This document shows positions 56,516 to 64,000 of a DNA stretch of 64,000 nt, in pieces. The position numbers were made by a program, and so were the translations under genes. This DNA is from Curvularia clavata (lineage: Eukaryota): contig CP089274.1 of assembly GCA_023920165.1 (NCBI GenBank), positions 5,766,001 to 5,830,000 of the forward strand, in the 5' to 3' direction. The notes under the pieces are model-generated. The model did not search any database. It had not been told where the DNA came from and saw only the letters and a program-made list of their open reading frames with translations. Each line of letters starts with the position of its first letter. Positions within the stretch are counted from its first letter, which is position 1.

Positions 56516-56781
56516 TCTTATGAAGGAAAAGGTTGCTTGGAATTCAGTAGAAGAACAGGCGGAGACTTAAGTGCCCCAGCCCTACCTCTGACCTAAGGTA
56601 GATATCTCTGGTCCATGTACTACTATACAGTCTAGCAAGGCTGTAGAAGTATTAATTTCATCTGAGCGAAAAGCAATAAGCTAATGTAACGGCGACAAGG
56701 ATGCACCATCTCAACAAGAAAAAGCAATAGCTATAGTTATAGTACAGAAAAATGAAGATAGCAGATAGCAGAAATAATATA

Positions 56782-58636
56782 ACGTAGTTTATAAGCGAGT
56801 CGGTCATACAAGCGAGTCGGTCACCCTACTAACTTTGCGCACCTTTACAAGCGTGTAGCTCCACCATATATAGATAGTTTTGACAGATATTAAGATAGTA
56901 GATTAATTGCTATCTAGAGTATCTTTCTTACATGTACGCGAGTTATGGCCAGTCTCTTTGCATCTACTACAGCGCGCAAGAGCCCGGCCGCTGACACCTA
57001 ATCGCTCTCCTCCCTGACGCTCTTCATAAGCAATCTGCTCATCAGCATCGCGTTGAGCGATAATATCCTCGCCAGCTCCCTTTGTGAGTACTCCTTGCTT
57101 CTGTATTCGCTTTCTTTTACGCTGTCTACGCTTTGATGCTAGCTTATTAGCCTTCTGAAGACTAGTGATCTGATCGCGCATTAGCTTAGCCGATAGCATT
57201 ATTACTTGCGCGCCTTTCTTAAGCTGATCAATTGCTGCGATAATTGAAGCTGGCGAAGAGCTCTTATGCTGTCGAACGCGATTACTTATTAGCGTTGATT
57301 GAGCTTCAAGCTCGCGTACGTTGCTCGGCGTACAGGGCTGCCAGAGAGCTTCCGCGAGAGCAGCTGGAGGAGTAGGCGTACGTAGCTGTACGTCAAGCTT
57401 TGATAGAACAGTATCTGGCTGGAGAGGAACAAGGCCTGCGCCTCGGAAAGCTGAGCAGATATTGGCTGGCGTGAAGGATCGGTCGAACGCTGCCTTAAAC
57501 GCTGGTAGAAACTCGAGCTTGGTGATGTGGTTGATATGGTTGCGTATCAGACTCTCTACCTCACGGCTATACGCGCGCTTTAATGGGGAGAAGCAGCCAA
57601 CGTCAAGAGGCTGAAGTAGGTGAGACGAGTGAGGCGGCATACAGAGCGTGTAGATATTGTTCTCCTTGCAGAGCTCTTGGAACTCAAGTGACTGGTGGCT
57701 CTCATGGCCATCAAGGATAAGTAGCCGGCGTGCTCCAACAACCTTGCCATCTGTATGCTTAATAAAGTGCTTTAGCCACTCAACTCCAAGCTCATTAGTC
57801 GTCCAGCCGTTTTTGCTCACTGCGATCGCCCAGTCGCGTGGGATTTCTGCCTCCTCGTACCAGGCAGACAGGTGATACTTGCCAGTAAAGATCAGAAATG
57901 GTGGGATAGACCAGCCAGCTGCGTTAATCGTAGCGATAAACGTCACCCACTCGCGACCACCTGGCTGGATAGCCTTTGGATGGCCTCTTCTCTCTGACGC
58001 TGTAACGACAAGCTGAGTAGTAATCTTGCCCATTAAAAAGCCAGCTTCGTCAAAGTTGTAGACGTCCTCGTCGCAGATGCCGTACTTGGCCTTCGTCTGC
58101 TCTACAAGCTCAAACCAGCTCTTGATTAAGACCGGATCTTCACATAGGGCTCTCTGCCTATCATACGCTCGATTGAAACGCGTCGTAAGACTGTCTGTAC
58201 GCTTGACAAAGTTGCGCGGCCAGTGAACGCCAACCTGGCCAGCGTCGCGCGCAGCCAGCAGCTTATCAGCCATATCTCGCACAGCAGCATAGGTAGGCGC
58301 AAATCCACGTAGATCGAGATCGATTATATGGCTAGCAATCACTTGCTCTTCTAGCTGCGATAGCTTCTTTGAATTAGGCTGGCAATCGCGCCGCGCGTGC
58401 CTCCCAGCGCGTCGGTCGATCAGTGTTGATTTCGGAACATTGAAGGCTATAGCAGCGCGTCGGGTACTCTGGATTTGATTACTATCTAGAGAAGAAAGGG
58501 CAAGCTGAATATCCCCTTCGTGAGAAGTTAATTTAGAAGCGTGGTGTGGAGACATTGCGCGTAAAGTTAAGGTGGGTGATCAAAGCTAGAGGGGTGACCG
58601 ACTCGCTTGTATGACCGACTCGCTTATAAACTACGT
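56782..58636 (-). mobile_element. Full-length Fot1/pogo-family (Tc1-mariner superfamily) DNA transposon, 1855 bp
   Basis: Perfect 45-bp TIRs 56782-56826 and 58592-58636 (ACGTAGTTTATAAGCGAGTCGGTCATACAAGCGAGTCGGTCACCC); TA on both sides (56780-81, 58637-38); single transposase ORF. Confidence 0.96.
56903..58555 (-). CDS. Fot1-type DDD transposase (HTH-psq, CENP-B HTH, DDE_1, CCHC knuckle)
   Basis: [42 protein letters not shown] catalytic Asp motifs; C-terminal [14 protein letters not shown]; 550 aa uninterrupted. Confidence 0.95.
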   Translation of the reverse strand: MSPHHASKLTSHEGDIQLALSSLDSNQIQSTRRAAIAFNVPKSTLIDRRAGRHARRDCQPNSKKLSQLEEQVIASHIIDLDLRGFAPTYAAVRDMADKLLAARDAGQVGVHWPRNFVKRTDSLTTRFNRAYDRQRALCEDPVLIKSWFELVEQTKAKYGICDEDVYNFDEAGFLMGKITTQLVVTASERRGHPKAIQPGGREWVTFIATINAAGWSIPPFLIFTGKYHLSAWYEEAEIPRDWAIAVSKNGWTTNELGVEWLKHFIKHTDGKVVGARRLLILDGHESHQSLEFQELCKENNIYTLCMPPHSSHLLQPLDVGCFSPLKRAYSREVESLIRNHINHITKLEFLPAFKAAFDRSFTPANICSAFRGAGLVPLQPDTVLSKLDVQLRTPTPPAALAEALWQPCTPSNVRELEAQSTLISNRVRQHKSSSPASIIAAIDQLKKGAQVIMLSAKLMRDQITSLQKANKLASKRRQRKRKRIQKQGVLTKGAGEDIIAQRDADEQIAYEERQGGERLGVSGRALARCSRCKETGHNSRTCKKDTLDSN

Positions 58637-59475
58637 TACATCAGATTTACAGCATCTCCCGGTGCAAGAAAAGTGGTTGTAAGCAAAGAAAATGATTCTC
58701 TCCTTGGAGCCAACCAAGCACCTATTAAAAGATAAAGATCAGCGCGGGGAGCGCTAGGTCACGGGATTGATATCTTGCTAAGAGGGTAGATGCTAGTGCA
58801 TCTAGAGATGTTATGATATTCAGGACATTTGTAGATTTTATTCGCTTGGCTAGAGGACAAAGATACCAGAGCCTACAGTGATGAGGATACAACGGTGGAT
58901 ACATTCTACTATTACTCTCACGGTCAACTCCGAATAGTCTCTCTTATAAAGATTGATACTAGTTATCCTATCGTATATAGAACTGATTGTTACTTTCAGT
59001 TAACTTCTACAAATCTTTTTAACTTGGATCTCCAATAATCGCAGGGCCTACCGCGTTCAACCATCTCGCCCTAACCTGGACCAAAATCGGGTAACTATAG
59101 CCTAACCGCTTATCATAAAATAAGCGAGCTGGATTCTGGTTTCTCTAATAGATGCTTGCGCATGTTATTGTTTGGATATCTGATATTGATAAGAGACTAT
59201 ACAGCCTTCGCAGAAACTAACCAATGCTATTGTAGAATATATCAATAGGTGTTTTTGCTTGTTGAGATGTAACACCTTTGCAACAGTTACAGTGGGATGT
59301 AGTATCTAGCTTACCGCCATCGCTTGGCTACAATTGACACTATCGTATCCCTGTAGTTCCACCAGGAACAGCACAGTTAATAGGAACTCTCACTCATGTA
59401 GAGATGAAGATAATTCTCCAACACACTCAGCATTTTTACCACTACAATCTTTTTTTTCCGTCTTTATACTCCAAT

Positions 59476-61602
59476 ATGAGGCTATTCATACTCTTGGGAA
59501 TATTTCTACCTTCTTTGTTATGTACGGCCGTAATTTTAGAAGGCGTTGGGGGTCTTCAGAAGAGAGACAGCACAGCAGAGAGGGTAAGCTCAGCTAGGAT
59601 TTAGCCTGCGATGGATCGCATGATTACTGATAGCTTACTATGGTGCAGACTGTAGGTTGGCCCAAGCGATGAAGATGATAGGTCGAAGAGAGACTTTATT
59701 AATAGCGGTTCGTGATATAGCAATTTGTAACACCTAACACCTCTGCACGCTATATGAACTAGAGAGGTTGCTAACAGCTATTGGCGGTATAGCTCGTAAG
59801 TAAATCTATGCCTATACGTGATAGAAGAGTAGGAGAATTTACTGAAGACTAATGATGGTGGTGTAGAAAGTAAGTAGACGCAGTGTTTTTATAAAATGGA
59901 CTGACTAGAGACTTTATTAACAGCTATTGGTGTAGGAAGTAAGTAGAATTAATCTCTCTACACAATAGATAAACTAGAGATAACTATTACTAATAGCTTC
60001 CATCACTGTAGTGCGTAAGTGAACTTGAATCTTCCAAACAGTAAGCCAACGAGAGACTCCGCTAATGGCTGGTGGTATAGCTAGTAAGTAGGCTTAATAT
60101 CTTTAAAAGATATATGAATTAGAGACTATGCTAATATCTGTTGGTGGTAAAGCGAGTAAGTCGACTTAATATCTCTGCGCAATAGATAAACTAGAGACTG
60201 TGCTAATAACCACTGGTGGATTAGAACGTAAGGTCAACACCTCTAAAAAATAAACTAACTAGAGATTGCTAACAGCTGGTGGTGGTATAGAAAGTAAGTG
60301 GACTTAATATCTCTCTGGAATGAACTAATTAGAGGCTTTACTAATGACTACTGACGATATAGCAAGTAGGTAAAATTGAAATCTCTAAATAATAGACTAA
60401 CTAGAAACTGTATTAACTTTTGCTCGCGTAGGAAGTAGGTTGACTTAACATTTTTACATAATAAACAAACTACATAGAAATATTACTAATAGCCGCTATC
60501 ACTTTAGTGCGTAAGTAAGCTTAGAGCTTCTAAAGAGCAGACTAACTTGAAACTATACTAATGGCTGGTGGTGGTGTAGAACGTAAGTAGAGTTAATGAC
60601 TCTAAAAGATCGACAAACTAGAGACTGAGCTAATATATATTGGTGGTATAGCGAGTAGGTAGACCTAATGTCCTTACGCAATAGACTAACTAGAGACTTT
60701 ACTAATTGCTTCTGGTGATATAGCGAGTAAGTAGACTTAAGATTTCTATGTAATAGATAAACTAGAGACATTACTAATATCTACTGGTGGTATAGGTTGT
60801 AAGTAGATTTAATAACTATACATAATACATAAATAAGGTAGAGAAGTTGCTAATAAATACCGGTGGAGTAGAATGTAAGTGGACTTTATATCTACACCAT
60901 AGACATTACTAACATCTACTGGTGGTATAGATTGTAAGTAGACTCAATAACTATACGCGATAGATAAGTTAGAGATTTACTAATAATTACTGGTGGTATA
61001 GAAAGTAAGTAGATCTACGCAATAGATAAGCTGGAGATTTGCTAATAATTCCTGGTGGTATAGGCTGTAAGTAGATCCAATATCTATACTCAATAGATAA
61101 GCTAGAGGTTTACTAACAATCTCTTGTAGTAAAGTGTGTAAGTATACCTAATATCTTTAAAGCATTGATAAATAGAGATATTACTAACAATGGCTGGTTA
61201 TATAGGAAGTAAGTAAGATTAATATCTCTAAGAGATAGAATAACTATAGATTACTAACAGCTGCTGGTGATATAGCGAGTAAGTAGACTTAGTATCTCTA
61301 TACAATAAACTAAATAGAGACTGTACTAATAGCTACTGGTGGTATAGTATGTAAGTAAACTTAATACCTCTATAGAATAGATGAAATTAGATATTGGTGA
61401 TAGCTAATGGTGATATAGAAAGTAAGTGGACTTGATATCTCCATAGTAGACTAATCAGACACCTTACTAATGGCTGCTGGCGATGTAGGAAGTAAGTAAA
61501 ATTGAACTCTCTAGACAATAGACTAACTAGAGCCTGTGCTAACTGCTGGTGGTGGTATAGTGCAGCAAGATTGTTGCTGGTACAGTGTGTATGTTACTCT
61601 AA
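59476..61602 (+). CDS. Micro-exon gene: predicted 77-aa secreted Cys-containing peptide encoded by 29 exons (26 of 3 nt)
   Basis: Exon1 59476-59583 MRLFILLGIFLPSLLCTAVILEGVGGLQKRDSTAER; micro-exons start at 59649 ACT, 59721 CAATTT, 59793 CTC, 59867 AAA, 59936 GAA, 60012 TGC, 60081 CTA, 60153 CGA, 60225 AAC, 60291 AAA, 60363 CAA, 60432 GAA, 60508 TGC, 60580 AAC, 60652 CGA, 60724 CGA, 60796 GTT, 60872 AAT, 60931 ATT, 61002 AAA, 61064 GCT, 61135 TGT, 61206 GAA, 61276 CGA, 61348 TAT, 61419 AAA, 61489 GAA; last exon 61561-61602 CSKIVAGTVCMLL* (3' end uncertain). Confidence 0.8.
59584..61560 (+). repeat. Degenerate tandem array of 28 intron-like units (56-73 nt, mode 69; unit period ~72)
   Basis: Consensus ~GTAAGTAGACTTAATATCTCTA..AATAGAYAAACTAGAGAC..TRCTAAY...GGTGGTATAG-NNN; 21/28 donors GTAAGT; 25 TAG, 2 AAG, 1 CAG acceptors. 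Confidence 0.92.
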
Positions 61603-62325
61603 TTCCACTTTCTAGAAGATTCATGCATAGAATCTCTATTAACCCCATATCTAGAGAAGTAGGCAGTGCAGGGGGGATTTTTTTTGGACAGCTTAGGAGT
61701 GTTTTGTCCGTTGTATGGAGTTCCCTTTATGGGTTTAAGCTCAGGCCGGAGAAAACGGGTTTCTGTCACTACCATTCCAGAATAGAAAGTTATACATACT
61801 ATAAACATAATTCTTTCTTTCCAAAAGCCCATTGATCCCCGCGCCTGTATATAATACTGTAATTGAATACAGTGCATTCAATGGCTAGCTAATCACAATT
61901 ATCCACCCATACTCTCTATCTTCAATCTCGAACAGGATCAAAGTCAAAGTTGATCTTAATGCTAGATTTCTTAGCGGGTCAGCAGACCTTAATCCATTCT
62001 GAGGATGAAAACCTTCGACCCTTCCTGCAACTTCTTCTATGCAGAGCTATAGGGCGTGATTAACCCGGGAGATATAGAATGCTATTATCGGAGATGTACA
62101 AAGGCTACTTGAGCCTAAAAGGCGGCACATTCTAGTAATCATGGGTAAACTGTACCATGGAAGAGACCGTATTATTGGTGGGCGCGTACGATACCAGAGT
62201 TCTTCATTTGATCAACTGGAAGAGTGAAAGATCGAAGTTTGAAAGTGCAGTACTACTTAGCAATTTAAATTAAGCTACATTCTTGATCGTTAAGATCAAC
62301 CTATAGCTCTCCAACCTTGATCAAC

Positions 62326-64000
62326 CTAGTCAAACACATCTGTAGCAAAGCGCTCATTGCGTAGGCCCTCGAACCATTCTCTAGCCTTTGCATCATCCGC
62401 CTCCCTTCCTTCTTTCTCGTTTAGTCGCTTTTTGGCGATCTTGATCAGGGTCTCCTGTACGCCATTACCAACATCCCGAGATCCGCACACGAAAAGCTTT
62501 GCGCCGGCCTCGAATTGTTCCACAATGTCGGCGCGATCATGGTAAAGGCGATCCTGGACGTACTTGCAACCATGCGAATCTTCAGGTTGCCTTGAGAACG
62601 CAAGTCTCAGGCTGACAGCACCCATTTCCTCCCAACGCTTGAGTAAGTCCCCATATATAAGATCGGTATCTGGGGCGCGACAACCGTAGAAAAGAATGGC
62701 AGGAGCCAACTTCCGACCTGCTGCTGCTTGCGCTGCACGTTCTTGAATGAATCCTCGGAAAGGCGCCAATCCAGTACCCGCAGCAATCATGATGACTGGA
62801 ACACTCTGGGAGTCTTTCGGCAAGTGGAAAGCCTGATGCGAGGGGCGTACATTGACGTGGAGTTTATCTCCTGGCACAAGGCTGGCAAGGTAGTTCGTCG
62901 CAACACCAACATGGCGCCCCTGGCCGCTCAGAGCCGGCTGGTCAACAACTGAATAAGTCAAGGTGACATGATTTGGGTTCCACAATGGTGAAGACGAGAT
63001 GGAGTATTGCCGAACGCGCATAGGTGGCTGCATCTTCAAGAAAACACCGAGCGGTAGCTGCGTGGATGGGAAACGCTCCAAGAGATCTAGGACAGATACA
63101 CGTTTGGCGGTAATCTCGGAACTGAAGTCCTCATCGGCGAGACGAGCCAGGGCCTTCTTTTCGGCGTCATCTCTGGCACTTTCGAGAAGTGCTTGGATGT
63201 TGCGTTTGCTGGCGGGTTGTGCGAGTTCAACATATGCCCCGAAAACATCTGTAGCGCTGATGGGTGTGTCGGTTGGAAGAATTGTAGGTCCAGCGGAAGA
63301 GATGGTCAGCATGGAATCCCAGGTGAGACCGAAGTATCTCATTGCGCGATGGATATTCTCCTTAGGGTTGAGAGGCAGGACTGCTAGGTAGTCACCTGCA
63401 GAGTAGGTCATGTCGGATGGAAGGCTGATTTCAATATGCCTCTTCTTAGTAGCATCCGAGTCAGAGAGGATTTTGACTTCTTCTACGCGAGCTTCGCGAA
63501 CATCCTGGCGAAGTGTGGACGATCTTGGTGCTGTGACCTCGACGTTGAGCGTCGTCTCTAGTGAGTTATCCGCCTGTGTCTCTGTAGAACCGTACTTCTC
63601 ACGCAAGGCGGGCCATAAGATCTGATCTTCCCAAGTCTCGAAATCAGTGAAGATGTCACCAGATGCAGCATCAGTGCTACCCATGTTTACAAGCCTGGTA
63701 GCACCTCGCTCCTCCAAGACGGCATCGAGGTACTTTGGGACCTTGTGGAAAGTTTTCGCCCAGTCGCGATGGCCACAACCAAAGATAGCATACGAAACAT
63801 CTTTGAAATCGTTGCCTTTCAGCGTGCCAACCCAGTTGACGAAGTGGGCAGCATTATCAGCAGGCGCTCCTTCGTAAGATGCTGTGATAATGACGACGGG
63901 CTTGTCTGTTGGCATGCTCTCGCGAGCAGTGTCTAATGTATCGACCACATCTGCTCGGAAGCCATGGTTCGCCGCATCACTAGCGAGTCGATTCGCGAGT
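62326..64000 (-). CDS. Bifunctional cytochrome P450/NADPH-P450 reductase (CYP505/P450foxy type), reductase half; 5' part outside window
   Basis: FMN domain TASYEGAPADNA, FGCGHRDW; FAD motif RQYSISSSP; IAAGTGLAPFRGF; C-terminal ERFATDVFD. Confidence 0.92.
   Translation of the reverse strand, partial: LANRLASDAANHGFRADVVDTLDTARESMPTDKPVVIITASYEGAPADNAAHFVNWVGTLKGNDFKDVSYAIFGCGHRDWAKTFHKVPKYLDAVLEERGATRLVNMGSTDAASGDIFTDFETWEDQILWPALREKYGSTETQADNSLETTLNVEVTAPRSSTLRQDVREARVEEVKILSDSDATKKRHIEISLPSDMTYSAGDYLAVLPLNPKENIHRAMRYFGLTWDSMLTISSAGPTILPTDTPISATDVFGAYVELAQPASKRNIQALLESARDDAEKKALARLADEDFSSEITAKRVSVLDLLERFPSTQLPLGVFLKMQPPMRVRQYSISSSPLWNPNHVTLTYSVVDQPALSGQGRHVGVATNYLASLVPGDKLHVNVRPSHQAFHLPKDSQSVPVIMIAAGTGLAPFRGFIQERAAQAAAGRKLAPAILFYGCRAPDTDLIYGDLLKRWEEMGAVSLRLAFSRQPEDSHGCKYVQDRLYHDRADIVEQFEAGAKLFVCGSRDVGNGVQETLIKIAKKRLNEKEGREADDAKAREWFEGLRNERFATDVFD

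Noticed and set aside
58875..58990. C/D snoRNA-like GTGATGA...CTGA
   Set aside because: No recognisable rRNA-complementary guide; such motifs occur readily by chance.
59584..61560. CRISPR array or plain minisatellite
   Set aside because: Eukaryotic context, degenerate repeats and no cas genes. The conserved parts are exactly donor, branch and acceptor signals around a fixed 3-nt variable slot that reads as a stop-free peptide.
59334..61877. ORF-track ORFs 59334-59597, 60553-60771, 61536-61835 and 61599-61877 as genes
   Set aside because: Incidental frames across intronic repeats; only 59476-59583 of ORF 59404-59604 is supported, as exon 1.

Overview
Eukaryotic DNA from a filamentous ascomycete (Pezizomycotina; short GT-AG introns with CTRAY branch sites). 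Positions 1-49,300 are gene-dense, mostly conserved housekeeping genes (GDE1, UBE2S-like E2, NUP120, RAD51, VPS26, VSB1-like SulP, LCB4-like kinase, SEC26, mago nashi, GID4/VID24, TRM8, TEX1), several transporters and oxidoreductases, a dispersed variant 5S rRNA gene and an initiator tRNA-Met. From about 49,600 the window looks accessory: two lineage-specific genes, an intron-rich Hsp70-like gene, an intact Fot1/pogo DNA transposon (45-bp TIRs, TA duplication) and the reductase half of a CYP505-type P450 fusion. The standout is at 59,476-61,602, essentially invisible to the ORF track. An AT-rich ~72-bp tandem array parses as 28 homologous spliceosomal introns separated by 26 single-codon (3-nt) exons and one 6-nt exon, all phase 0. 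Spliced to a signal-peptide/KR first exon, it encodes a stop-free, ~77-aa Cys-containing secreted peptide: a 'one codon per exon' micro-exon gene. All gene models were read by eye; no transcript or database evidence was available.
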